A stretch of 64,000 nt of DNA from Acanthaster planci. Taxonomy: Eukaryota. Numbering within the stretch: position 1 is the stretch's first letter; each line of letters starts with the position of its first letter. This document shows, piece by piece, positions 40,983 to 54,326 of this stretch. Location: contig NW_019091358.1 of assembly GCF_001949145.1 (NCBI RefSeq), positions 3,342,535 to 3,406,534 of the forward strand. The letters run 5' to 3'. Under the pieces are notes generated by a model that saw nothing but the letters and a program-made list of their open reading frames with translations, had not been told where the DNA came from and made no database searches. The translations under genes were made by a program, and so were the position numbers.

Positions 40983-43829
40983 GTCAGACACTTTGGGCTT
41001 TTCAACTTTTTACCTACTCGTTTACCCCTCTCCTCTTGCCCATGCACCTTTCGGCCACCACTAACACCTTTGGGGTATTGTCAAAATCTGGGACCTCACT
41101 AGTCTAATTACATGTACAAGTTACATGTAATCATAGTCCAACAGACTTCTATTTACGAACATGGCATTTTCAATCGTATTCCAAGAATCTGTTCATAAAT
41201 TGTGGTTTTGAAGTTATATCCTTATGTAAACTTGACAACCAAAATCCACATGACCATCTTAACAGGTGCATTTTACACATTTGGCATGGAAGTTGAACAG
41301 TATACGTAACGCCACAAGACTGCAAAGTGTTCAGAAGCAATTGGTTTGGTGCTACACTGGATAATGTCACCTGGCAGTTGCCAGGAGCCAACCAATCAGC
41401 ATTGAAGATTGCCCAGAGAAACAGCTGGAAGAAAACGACTTTTGCTCAGTGTGGTCAGACCCACACAGTCTGACCGAGATTACTCAGCAACAGAATCTGA
41501 TAGATCTCATCATAGAGATCAATCAAACTGGAAGGATGCAGTGTTGCCATGGCAGCACTCGGAAGGGATAACTAAAGTAGCCATAACTGTGTAACTCTGG
41601 GATAATTTTTCCAGCTGAGGCACTCACTGCTGAGGTCAACTGCAATGCCCTTTCACTTGCCGGCACCTTTTTCCACCAAGATACCCAATATGCGTGTGCA
41701 GCTACATGTACATGTGTATAAAGGGGCGCAGTTATGGGGTCATATTATTTCAGGGCTGACCCTGGGAATCTTGTTTATCTCAGTTGTGCAGATTTTGCTA
41801 TCAATTCCACTGTCGCAAGTGATGCCTTGGAGGAAATCTATTAGATACACATTTTGCATAAGCATGTACCCACAAAACTACTAAATATGAAAACTGGACA
41901 GAAAGAAGAACTCTTTTTTTTTTTTTTAATCAGTAGCCATTCAGGAAATGTCCAGATCCTCATGCCGCAGGCAAAAGTACTACACCAAGGGTTTGATGAA
42001 CAGTACACCCACCCATGACATACATGTGTATATCTGTGTCAATACGTTTTATATTTTAATTTTAATTATCAAGGGAGCCCCGCGAGAGCATCCAATCAAT
42101 ATAAAGAGAGCATTCGAGGCCGGATGGCTCTTCATCGACGACAATAACGACAAATTCAGACCTAAGACATGCACACTGTCCCCTCCCCCCTCCTTTTTTT
42201 TTCTTTTTGATTTGGTTGAGTTCACTGGGGGAAGATTATCCGATCATATAGCTCGAGTTCCTGTCAGTATAATTTGATCAGATGTGGCGGGGGAAGAGAT
42301 GAAACGCTGTTGTCAGTCCGTGGGGTATTCCTCAGTGCGGTCCAGCATCCTGCGCCGGCTCCGAGGTTTTTTTTCCGGGAGATGTACACGTACGTGGCAT
42401 TTATGAGCTTTCGGGTTGGGTTTCGGCCTCCATTGTGCTGTCAGAATTCCACTGGAGTATGAAAGAGGCTTTACACGTGGACACGTGTTGGAGGGAGGGG
42501 GGGCGAACAATTTATTTAGGGAGAGTGATGTTGCATGGGTGTCAGTTTGATGAACAGCACACCTATATGCACATGTACTGGCACAGCTGATTCCAATAAA
42601 CCGTTTGGGAGTTAACTGTGAATAAAATCTGGTACATGGAGTTCTTTAGATTCATATGAACATAATTTGAATTCTCCACACTAAAAGACACTGTTAGTGT
42701 ACCTCATTATTTGGGTATGCTTTTGCTTAGTCACTTACATAAGAGATGCCTTGCACCAGTACATGTACACTGTTTTCAATGGATAAGAAGGACGTAAAGG
42801 AACCAGTCCATTCCAGAGATGGTGGTCGCTATGCAAAAGCTTGCCCCAAATCACAAGGTATAGACTAATACAATTTGCCACCTCAGTAATGGCTTCTAAT
42901 TCTGGTGGTCGAATGACACAATAGCAACAGTGTCTTCAATCTAGGGAATTCAAATTGTTACGTTTATGCACAATCAGATAACCTAGTGTACCAGACTTTA
43001 TTTGAATTTAACTGGCACAAGGCTCATTGCAGTGAATTTCAAAGTCCCGTTTGTAACCTGCATCATTTTAATTTACATTGTACACATTGCTTCATATGCA
43101 CCTGTTGTCACAAGTTTCAGAAATTTTATTGTGTGAGAGTAGTGTGGGATGAGAGAGGGGCTTCCCCATTCTTTTGAGCAATGCTTCTGCACCTGCCATA
43201 ATGTGCTTCAAGGTCACGCATGCTGTAATACACATGAAGGTCCCGGAGTTCTTTGCCAGTAGCAATATGAATTGCGCATGGGAATTTGAGTTCCGGCCTG
43301 CCGTAAATTTGCATCAAGTTTATCCCCTGGGTCACCGGATGTCAACTTGTGTTTTATTTTTAGCGATTTACATGTAGTGTGATATCTTTATCTACATGTA
43401 TGGTCGCTGTAATATACCAATACATTTGTGAATGTAGGTTTAAACTTTGAACTGAAGGCACTGAAGCTGTCAGTTTCATACATTTATTCAAAGTGGTTTT
43501 TTTTTTTCAGTTTCTACAGAAGGGTAACTTTTTCACAGGTCAATACCGTTACCTGTTCACCGTTCACACCGTTCTTTTTGTACAAAAACAAGGCAGTTGT
43601 AATTTTTGGATGTACTGCATGTACATGTAGATTAGATTCAAATTTGAATGTTTTTAATGTTTAAATAATAGGTTCATGTACAAGGCTTATGTGTTGTTTG
43701 TGGAACTTCTGTTTCTAAGCAATGAAAGATGGTGACCGTGAAATACCGGTAGCCAACAACCTTGCACCACCACATTACTTCAGGTTTTTGTCACAAGTTT
43801 GCCCTCTTTTTGCTGTCCAATCATTTCAG

Positions 43830-43915
43830 AGCAAAGTCGGCGGGACGACCTGGAAGCCATGGGTCACATGTTCATGTACTTCCTCAGAGGCAGCCTGCCC
43901 TGGCAGGGTCTGAAG
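43830..43915 (+). CDS. CSNK1G: Casein kinase 1 gamma, internal coding exon (86 bp; [29 protein letters not shown])
   Basis: tttcag acceptor, gtaaga donor. CK1 motifs EQSRRDD and LPWQGLK. Confidence 0.97.
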
Positions 43916-46900
43916 GTAAGACTCCCAGACCTGTTCCATTTCTCTTCCTCAAGGAAGGGGACACAAGACTTGAGTGTGGGGGGGGAATCCTCTATGTCTT
44001 ATTAAGAATGGCAGATCCAAGTTTTAGTGACAACTGAAGTTGACTGTAGTTTGGCCAAATTTTGGACGTGGCAAGAGACCACAAAACAACAAAACGTGAG
44101 TTACAATGAGATTTCATGAAAATTATAAGACCAGGGTCATATGAGTGGGACTGTGCTGCGCTTGTGCATCAGTAAGAAGTGATGGGCGTGTGAACTTGCC
44201 CTGTGTTGAGGATAAAATACGTGTTATTGCCTTTTTGTGTGGTTATTTTCAGTGCACCGGTTTTAATTTAATACTGTATTTCATAGTTGCCACCTGGGTG
44301 CTTCTGAGAGAGTTGCTTCGTTTCACGTTATTTTGAGATCAGAATTGTTGGATAACTGGTCGGAAGACAGAAGCATTTCGTCAACCCTCACTTGCTTCAC
44401 GTCAGTCCGTTCTCACTTGCCCTTCCTGGAGGCTTTGAATTTGTGCTGCTGTAAAAAACTATCATCGTCATTTGGGTCGTACTTCTTCTTTTTTGTCCCG
44501 TCATTTTGCACTTGTACTGATAAAAAGTGCGTTCTTTCTGTTGGACTTCACCATCTGTAGCATTCAAACTGAAAAGGAAAAACAAAGAGCACACAGCCCC
44601 TCAGCCCGTCACCTCCTCACCGGCTTGTATGCTCAAAAAGATGATATAAATAAAGAATGGGAGGGGGGATGCTAACCATCACACGCATTGGTTGAAATTA
44701 CAACAGACACAGGGCGTCGCATTTTTAAAAATTTTTAATCAGTGTTGTTTCATTTTCGTCTACACCCTGCGTGCGTTTCTGTTTCAAGACCGTGCCCAAG
44801 GTTCTGTGTACATTCTCAATCTTGTGAAATAAAAAATAAATTTGTAATAATATATATATCTGACTATTCCACCAAAAGTAAAGGTGCTCAGTGAAAATGT
44901 CTGAAAATTTGTGGACAAGGGCATTGGCACAGAAACAGTTTTTATGTAAGACTGTGCGTAATGCCTAGGAGCCTCCTCCCCTCCCAGTATACTGCAGCTG
45001 CGTTAGTTGGATTCCTCATTTCTCCTTTTTTCCCCTGTACATGTTGTGTGTATTATATGCCGTATTACTGGACTTATCAAAGACTCTGATCGTGAAAGTC
45101 TCTGCCCCTGAGATACGTCCAATCATATTATAGCCGATAATGACGCAGCAAAATTGACTCGGTACTTGTCTGAGCACATTTTTTCCCTCAAGCAGTTTTG
45201 TGCCATGTAATTCCGCTCTCGCCCCACACAAGAGGTTCATTCGCCACGGTTGTTTAGTTTTTACCTGAAATCAATGTTCTCGTGCAGTGGTGTTGTTTTT
45301 TTAAGGCTGTGACAGTTATCACATTCCAACCAAGTTTGTATGAATCGCATCCAGCAATGGCTCTATGATTACATGATCAGGTCCTTTCCACTGATAAACT
45401 CAAGCATGTGATGTGGATGGCCAGAGTAGAATGTATTCAGCAGCGTGCGTACATTCCTATGTATTTTTGACACCCTGCCAATTAGTTGCAGAGTATTTTT
45501 GCAGTATTTTTGACCCCCTGCCAATTTGTTGCAGAGTTGCATTGGTCAGCATGCGTAATGACACTGTTCAGTTTTCAGGCATGGAACTTTTCTCCAGATC
45601 AACTGATTACTTCAATTTTACACATCATGTACACATTACACAAGGAAAAGGCACATTACAAAAATCACAGTCCCCGTTTTTATTTTAGTTTGTAGCTGTT
45701 TTTCTTTGTACTTGTGTGTTTTTCTTTACCTTTCACCCCTGACTTTCTAGTCAAATGCCCAGGTTTCTCAAGCAGGGATGGGGGCTATTCCACTACTTTT
45801 TCGATTTCACACAAGTTTGACATTTTGAAACTTGCCCGAAGATAAAATTGGCAAGGTTGACAATGTGGTAGGCAGGCCATCACACTGCCATAAACTATGC
45901 GTCAGCCGCTAGGATCTAGTCCTCCAAGCAGTTGTCTGCTGTGGGTTGTGTGTGTTATTTTCCCGAGCAGCCACACACCCCCTCAAACCCGAAGAAAAAT
46001 GAATACATTGATGTGATGAAGAAAGAAGGGAGGGGGGAGAAGAATTTCGGCGCAACACACTCGCAGATTGAGTGGCCAAGCACGCACGTCGCTGATTTGG
46101 TGTCCCCCGGCAGGTTGGTGGTTAGGAAGTAAACACCCGTACTCACAAGGAAAGGGCAGTCGGTGTCTGACCATTCAATCGTGTTTCCATTGCACGTTCA
46201 GTTCTTCTGTTTTGCAATACTAAGTCTGATCGACAGTGATGCGGGTGGGGAACCATGCGTGTCATGTATGTCCCGTTATTTCATTTGTTGAATGTGACCC
46301 TCGGTGCAGCCAGTAACATGTGAAACTTGCCAGAGCTCAGGTTGTTCACTGGCGAAATTTGTTAGCAAACTGTCCTATGTAGTGTTATAATGTAATTCAA
46401 CAAGCAGAATTAGGGGCCATTACTGCGGTGGCCCAACGCTCCTGGACAGGTCAAGCGCGCGACCCGTAGGGCTGTCAAAAGCATACCGTACATACGTCAA
46501 GCTCAAGAAAATGTGTGTGAATGTGGTCCCATCACAGCTATGGTGCCTCCCAAGATGTGTGTACACTGAACGGCACTACTGTACAGTTTTGATGAAAGAA
46601 CATATAATTAAAGGAAAAAAAATACAAACATATATTTTTGGAAAATTAGTTGTGCTTTCGTACTTTTCGTGAATGAAGACCTTTAGTGAATTTATTTTTA
46701 GTGATATGAGACCAACACTTGGAAGACCTTAATGTCTGATATTTCGGCACACTTTCAAGGCTATTGGTTTTTCGTTATATGCACAGTTGTCTCAGCTGAT
46801 ATTTCTGTAATTGAATGATTAGATTCAGGACCCAGAGGAATCAGAAGTGCATTGCATTTGATGCATCAGAAGCAACTGTGGCAATCCAATGCCGAGGCGT

Positions 46901-47368
46901 TCGTCAAATTTTGAGTAATGGATCTAAATGCCAGACCCCCTAACCTCGCAGTCTGCCTGCTCGTCTGATTGGGCTGAAAGATAAAAATAGTTCGCTGAAT
47001 AATCAGCAACAGCCTCCATCCTTCCCCCCCCCCTTCATTCCAAGTGTGACATAATTGCTGCATCTGTCATTACTATCAATGTCGCAATCACAGAAGGCAG
47101 CTCGCTCCTCGAAACAAAAAACCCTGATCTGGTGTAACAGGAGGCCTGATGCCGTTTCTCTCGGGCCAGCCTCTAAAAACATTTTGAAAGCCCGGGCAGT
47201 CAGCATGTTGGCAGAGTAAATTCAGGGTCACTGCCTTGACTCAGAGAGTCACCAGTATTTGATGTTTTTTTTTTAAACAGAGTCAGAGATTTTGGATTCC
47301 TGTGTTCTGGCTTTTCGCTACAGTTCTAGGAAATGCTCAGTGGCATGTCAATATTTGTTGTTATCCAT

Positions 47369-47650
47369 ATTGTTATTATTATTTATTTCTGATAATGACA
47401 CCAAGGATTCCTCAAAAGCACCCTAGGCACTGTAGCTCGCAAGCCTGAAGAAACCTGTGGAGAGGAGACAATGAGAAGCGGTTACAGTTTAAAAGGTGGG
47501 AGAAAAACCCCAAAGGAATATTCTGGGTAAAACCCACGGAATCAGGTAGGGACTGAAAACCCAATCCACATGTGGACCGGGCCAGGATTTGAACCCGGAC
47601 CGCAGAGGCGAAAGGCGAGGAGAGAACCACTACGCCAACCCGACTCCCCT
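47369..47650 (-). mobile_element. tRNA-derived SINE
   Basis: On -: A box TGGCGTAGTGG, B box GGTTCAAATCC, body, AAT-rich tail at 47369-47388. Confidence 0.85.
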
Positions 47651-50600
47651 AGTAGTAATCTTTGTGTAGTTATTTGAAAGTTTCTTGATGAGAAGGGGAG
47701 TTACTCACGATTGGTAACAGGTTGGCAGAGAATGATGCGGCCAGTACTGACAAAGCAATTTATCTCAAACCACAAATGAAATATTCAAAGGGGAAATCCT
47801 TGGGGATCCCTACACACACACAACTAAATTAGCTGGATATCATTGAGCTGTTTTCCAATCTTTATACGGGAGATTTGAGTAACACGCGTGTGCACATGCA
47901 CTGTCTCAGCCATCCATCTCTGTCACCCACTGATCGGCTTCCAAAGTGCTTTGTCGATTTTTTTCTCCTGCAGCACTTGTACATGTACGTGTATTATCCA
48001 CAGACAAATCAAATACATGTACCGGTACATGAATTGGCATATGGACTATGGAGCCATCTCGTCCTAACTAAGCGCTTGGCCTTTGCATGTATTTGTGTCC
48101 CATCATATAGCCTGGTTTAATAGAACAGCCCCTCTTGCATGTGAATTATCCGCTGGCAAGAAAACAACATCCCATTGATTGTCGTATTGGCTTACAATCC
48201 AGTGGGAGCCATATTGCATTTCAAGTGTTTGCTTGGCCTGAGAAGTACAGTTTGTCAAACATGTCTACTTCTGTGTCTGTACACATTATGTAAAAGTTGC
48301 CAAGCACATCTATCAACCGTGTTGATTTTTCTTTTTATTTTGTAGGGATCATTGTCCCCAGGTTTTTTTTTCTCTCTCCAATTTTAGAACAGGCACTGCT
48401 GTTTCCAGTGTTGGATATGTACAGGGGGTTTTATGCCTTTGCAATTCTGTGTTACTTGGTTTTTGTTTTGGCTGTGTTGAAGTCAAGTACCATAGCCCCT
48501 TTGAAAGTACATGTCAAGTCCTCTTATTGCAGTGTACTGGTAGGCTGTGCTCACTAGACAACGAATGTTTTGACCCAGATTTTGGCACACCGTGCTCGCA
48601 CATTGTACCGTGCGGCTGTGCATCACCCGTTTTAATCCTAACCGTATTTCACACAACAATGAGCAAACGCTGTAGTTCACGACATAAGCCAATGAAATAC
48701 ATGTACATGTACATTGTACAATCCAGGCAGGATTATTAGCACCGGTATTGCTGGGTTTTCTCGAGGTTTGGAAATTTGTGCTGAACAATGGTCTAAACGA
48801 TGCCTGGCATCAAAATCAAGCCGGAGGCAAATACACGTGAGTGCTGGAACATATGTTTTATGTCAACACACATGATTTTTACATGCATAAGTAGCCCACT
48901 GTAGAGTACGCTATTTCTTGATACACCATTGAACAAGGAGACTAAATTTGTTACTGTTAGGCTTCAGCGCAGCGCAGTACATCTGTGCGGTTCAGTGCAT
49001 CCCGATATTGCCAGAATGGGAGTGTAATTTGCCTCAGCTTCCTCTGCACTCAGAAACAGTTTATTGTCGGGGCGCAGGAATAATAAACCATCTCATTCGT
49101 TTTAATACTTCTGAAAATGAGTGATAGCATGGATATCAAATTTATGCATGTTCATGTACATGTACCTTGAACCCTCGACGAGTTTGCTGCCCGGTGAAAC
49201 AGACGGTCACTTTTCGATATTAAGGATGTCTACTTCAAAAAAGTGAGACACAAAGTCTGTGCTGTTGACAGTTGGATTGAAATTTCTGTTCTTCCCTCTC
49301 TTGCTTTAAGTGGGGTTAGGGGTGGAGTTAGGGCCCCCTTTCACGGGTAGGCCTATACATGTATGTCACAGCCCTGTAACACCTACACATTGCTTCACCT
49401 CATCAAATGCCAAATGTGGAGTTGTGTTTTGAATAGCCAAATTTTATCCTAGATAGGGGAGGTTTAAAATTATCCTGTTGTCTTATGTTACTGCCCAGGT
49501 GGTGTACATTGTAGCTATGTGCCTGAGGATGTATGTAGAATCCATTTTGTGATCCATGGGTACAGTCAAACAGAAGTGTAACAAAGATTTGTTTCTTCTG
49601 CGATATGGTGCATGGCTTTATAGAACCCCTGGACAAAGGTTAATATTGCTCTGTATCGCATCCCATAAGATCATGATTGTGTGGTCTGTGCTAGTGTCAG
49701 GACATGGGTAGGAGACAGCTATTGGCAAGGGCAGTTCTTATACAGTACACCTGCTTTTTTCAAGTACATGTACATAATTAGGAGCTTATATTGGTAGGCA
49801 TGTGTATTACTGCTGTACTGCCAGCTTAATTACATGAAGTAAATCCTTTGACATTACATGTACATGAACAAGTAAAACACTAACCCTAAACCATTCTGAA
49901 TCCAAAAAGCATACATACGCATGATTTCAATGGTTCCTAGGGGGTCAGGGTTAATAAACTGGTTTGATTAGAGGCAGTCTGGGTTTTTTTGTTTTTTCTT
50001 TTGGCATGTACTAAAACTGGCAAGGATTAGCTCTCCCTTTGAAATCGAAGTCATGATTTTGGTTTCAAGTGAAAGTACAGTGCCCTTAGCCCCTTGATGC
50101 GAATTACTGGCCTATCGCAAATAACCACTGCGCACAGACTTGCCGACTCTACCTCGTTCTACTGTGTCACGATACAAGGAATATCAGGGCCAGTGTACGT
50201 GCAGCAATGCTGGGCTTGGCATCAGGATGGGCAGATGTTCCTCATTCAGGATGTTGAGTGGATGGCTTTGTGTAAGGGTTGCGATTTGCATGCTCGGGAT
50301 TCTGAAGTGAAAGAAAGAAATTAAAGATGTGCTTTGAGAGGTCAGAAATGATCGAAGCTTGTAATGGTCTGGTGATGACGGCCATGTTTCATGATCAGAA
50401 TTCTTACAGCTTCTGGAGTCTTGAGTCAACAGGGCACGGGGCTGTTACCATTGAAAATGTGATCGTCCGTGAGGGCAGAGAGAGCATGTTAATACGTTTG
50501 TTTATTCATCAGACACTACAAGCAATGCAGAGCTACACATCACCAGTTTCTATCGGATGTATATTTTCCTGCTGCTTCATTTACGCCACAGAATTAAGCA

Positions 50601-51008
50601 CGCTTTGAGGGCATTTTGGCCATCGGAATTGCTTTTCTCCCGGGGCAGAGAATGGTTCCGTGACCCCCCTCACAGAAATCAAATTGTTTACTCGCAACAC
50701 AATGGTGTACTTTCATGAGACTCCTTCATGCAGAGGTTGCATAACGACAGAAATAATTTCGTGGAACAAATTACCAGGCAAATGTATCACTTCTTTTTTT
50801 TGGGGGGGGACAGTTATTTCCTAGATATTTTTCTCGCTTGCTTGTTTAATTTCATGAAATTGATCAAAGAACCAAGGCTTATTTTGCCCTCTTACTGTCT
50901 CTGCTTAATTCCCGAGACTACACTTTCTTGGCAAAATCAGAGATGATGCACAGCACTTACCTATTTTAACCCAACTTACATGTATTTTTTCTGTTCCTCT
51001 GATTACAG

Positions 51009-51093
51009 GCCGATACACTCAAGGAGAGATACCAGAAAATTGGAGACACGAAGAGGGCGACGCCTATCGAAGTTCTATGTGAAAACTATGTCG
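51009..51093 (+). CDS. CSNK1G: Casein kinase 1 gamma, internal coding exon (85 bp; [28 protein letters not shown])
   Basis: ttacag acceptor, gtatgt donor. Manual translation gives the CK1-gamma [16 protein letters not shown] segment. Not in the ORF track. Confidence 0.96.
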
Positions 51094-51374
51094 GTATGTT
51101 GGACCCTATGAAATGCCTGTCATTTTATCCTCGCCTGGCAAATCTGTGGCTGCATTATATCAGTAATAAGCTTGTATGCTGGCTGGGCTTTCATTATCCA
51201 ACCAGATATGGAAGGATGTAATTTTCACAGTGCTTTGCCTGCATGCCTTAATCTCCTCTTCTCAATTCGGCAACTTTTTTCGTCTGCCAAGCCTTTTCAC
51301 CCCTTAGTTCTGGAGTCCTCTTTGAGGGCCAAAAACACATTCCTCAAATGCAGTCTTGTAGCTGACTTTCGTAC

Positions 51375-51493
51375 AAGTCCCCATAAGTCCTCAAAAGTCC
51401 ATGGAAGTCCCGAAAAGTATCCCTAAGTCCTCAGAAGTATTTTTAAGTCCTCACAAGCCAATACACAAGTCATGCAGTCTTCAATCAAGTCAT
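51375..51493. repeat. ~10-bp AAGTCCTC-type degenerate tandem array
   Basis: aagtcccc, aagtcctc, aagtccat, aagtcccg, aagtatcc, aagtcctc with ~10-bp spacing. Probably a MITE interior. Confidence 0.6.
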
Positions 51494-52277
51494 ATGCTGC
51501 TCGCAGAGGTATTCCTTTGCCATAGTTGGAGGGGTGTGTGTTTATGGGTAATTTTGGATCCAGGTACCTATTTTATGTAAGTACCTGGTACCCAGGTACC
51601 CTTTACAATTGGCATTGCATACAATCTCAGCAAAACAGGCATCTTTTTCAGATGTAGGAAGCAGTACATTGTGCTAATTGTTAGAGGGAATCTCCCCCAC
51701 TTTTTTATTCAACCAACTGTTACCTTTAATTTGTAACAAAAGTAGCTCCGTCAGTCTCTGAACTGGAGTTATGACCGTGGGTTTCTCAACGGCACGATGG
51801 TTTTTCAGCAAATCTGCCTTTCACTATTAAAGTTCACGTGCATTTTATCTGTGGAACTTTTTACGGGTACTTGGCCTGAAAAAATGGAACCAGGTTTTGA
51901 TATGGACGGGTATGCGGCATAGGCCTACATAGTTCATTCCTGTTACTTATGGTCAGGTTCACTAATCAGCAGTTTATCTACTTGAGGTCAGACTTGACTG
52001 AAACATACTGTTGTATCTGTGCAGTCGGTGTCACAGCCCTTTAAACCCAAACTACATGAAACTCCAGACACAAACTCTTTCTCACTATTTTTTGAGAGCA
52101 CTGAGAAGATACCCTTTTGTAGCACCGCTAAGTTTGAACTGTAAAGCACAGTAGTTTGGTCACAGTGGTTATGCCCTGCATAAAGTTATCACCGTCCAAC
52201 CTTGACAGTACCCCTTGTTTGTTTGACATTTGGTCTGGTGCCCTGTTGAATGCTTGCCACTGCTCCCCCTGTCATAG

Positions 52278-52426
52278 ATGAGATGGCAACCTACCTACGC
52301 TACGTCCGCAGACTGGACTTCTTTGAGACGCCCGACTACAACTACTTAAGGAAGCTCTTCCAGGACCTATATGACAGGAAAGGCTTCGGCCAGGAGACAG
52401 AGTTTGACTGGACGGGCAAACAGCTG
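52278..52426 (+). CDS. CSNK1G: Casein kinase 1 gamma, end of kinase domain (149 bp; [50 protein letters not shown])
   Basis: catag acceptor, gtaagg donor. [16 protein letters not shown] and FDW motifs. Confidence 0.96.
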
Positions 52427-53074
52427 GTAAGGAAGGGTAGCTTTGTCTGTCTGCTTCCTGTGATAAAATTGGCAGGATGCATCTCCAGACCGGCCTTTTG
52501 TTTTTCAAAAATGATTTGTTTAAATGTCGTGTAAGGGAATGTTAAAAGGATTTAAAGATTCCAAATCCGATTCGTTCGTGACTTCGTTGGACGATGGCTG
52601 AAGTTGCGCGTTAACTTCCCGTTCCATAGTTCGATGTAAACGGTGATTAATGCATGTAACTCCATGTGCAATGCATGTGCAGTGGGTGTGGTTTAAACTG
52701 AAGTGATGTCACACTTGCAAACAGGATAGACGTCTGTACTGATGATGTCATATTGTGTTTATGTGTGTGCTTTCCTATGATGCTCAGTGTATCGTGGGCC
52801 TCCACTGGCTCCATATCAAAGTACACGTGCAAAGAAAGCGTGATGTCATCAGTACATACATGCAGGCCTACTTTCTTTACATGACCTGTTTTTCCTCCTC
52901 TTAAGCTCTTTAAGTTTTCAAACTCACAGAAATTCTCAGCAGCAAAATGTCCTTAGGATATCTTATGTCGTGCATTTGGAAGTCGCGTCGGTAACTCAGG
53001 CAGTTTTCTCATCCGTATATCACTAGTTACAATGTTATTGACCACTTCCTTTTTTTTGGTTCCCTTTGTTCCAG

Positions 53075-53170
53075 ACATCACATGTCACCACAACTGCGAG
53101 TGAAGTGTCACAGTCCAAAGATGCCAATCCTCAAGGGAGGGAGCGAGAGAAAGCACGCTATGCTCAAAAG
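53075..53170 (+). CDS. CSNK1G: Casein kinase 1 gamma, C-terminal linker exon (96 bp; TSHVTTTASEVSQSKDANPQGREREKARYAQK)
   Basis: Long polypyrimidine tract + ccag acceptor, open phase-0 frame, AAG/gtacct donor (weak). Poorly conserved sequence, so supported mainly by splice signals and frame. Confidence 0.72.
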
Positions 53171-53699
53171 GTACCTAAATCCCAACCTCTCGGACATTTC
53201 CAGTGAGCCGTTTGCCGAGGTGCTGCACTGGAGTGTTTTCAGCCTCCAGAGTGCTTTGAATGCCTCTCCGCACTCAGAATTGTTATTATGATATGTGGTT
53301 TCATGGTTTCACCAACATTGGCATCCTGCAGGTTTAGAATGGTCCACTGTGTGTGTGTGTCCTTCTGACTCCTACGATTGACTATTACAAGTGTTTTAAC
53401 ATGACTTTGGGAGAGAGCTTTGTCTCTGTGATGTGATGAGTAGCAGTCTTGTGAAGGTTGGAGAAGTCTCAAGATAAAATATCCAATACTCCAAAGACTC
53501 TGGAGGAGATATTTATTCAAAGTGAACAAAGGGCAGAGGTCACTCGTAATTTACTTATTGCAGACAAGTGGAAGTTTAAGATGTAGAATCTGTGCCAGTG
53601 GTTGTTTTGTTTTATTCATATCCAACGACCCTCGAAATGCATTTATCACTGGATTACTAGTAGCCTCTGGGAGAAGTTAACAAAGGAAATGTCTGTTTT

Positions 53700-53842
53700 T
53701 AAGATGTAAGAGAACACCCCCTCAAGACAGAATTCTGGGGGGAAGATGCAGGCAGTCAATTTACTTGATGTATCAGGTGGGGTTTGAACTTTGGTCTCAG
53801 AGGTGGGAGGCAGGGTACCAATGTACCAGCCAGACCACCCCA
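53700..53842 (-). mobile_element. Degraded tRNA-derived SINE head
   Basis: gtttgaac...cagaggtgggaggcag...ccagccagacc resembles the head of the 47369-47650 SINE. Confidence 0.35.
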
Positions 53843-54141
53843 GGCGAGATACTGTGAAAATGTTGACACTGCATTTAAGGGATGACAGCAGAGGGGAGGG
53901 AGATAGTCACTTCAGAACTTTATTAGAAAGAAATTATTAGAAAATTATTAGAAAGCTTTTTTTGGAGGGGGTCTACCCTAGCATGTAGGAAGTCATGGGT
54001 TTGAGTCGCACCTCGGCAGGTTATGATTTCTCTTTTCACATGCTGTGAGAATGCACTGTGTAACATAATTTCCTAAGTGAAGGGCAAAACTTAACTTTTG
54101 AAACCTTTCTGTCATTCTCCCCCACTTTTTGTATTGAGCAG

Positions 54142-54326
54142 CAACCACCAACCGCACGTGCCTGGCCCGAGCAGACGGCCAAGCTAGCCCCGCCCGTGGC
54201 CATGGCCGACCAGCGGGGTTCCGTTCAGGTCATGAGCTCCACCAATGGGGAGCTGGGACCGGAAGATCGCCGGTCCGAGGTGCCCATCGCCCCGCAGCCT
54301 GAAATCGACTCGCCCGACGACACAAA
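54142..54326 (+). CDS. CSNK1G: Casein kinase 1 gamma, C-terminal exon (185 bp; QPPTARAWPEQ...ADQRGSVQVMSSTNGELGPEDRRSEVPIAPQPEIDSPDDTK)
   Basis: gagcag acceptor, AA/gtaagt donor. GSVQVxSSTNGEL is the conserved CK1-gamma C-terminal motif. GC-rich codon usage. Confidence 0.9.

Noticed and set aside
45461..45537. 34-bp direct duplication
   Set aside because: Ordinary local duplication with no further structure.
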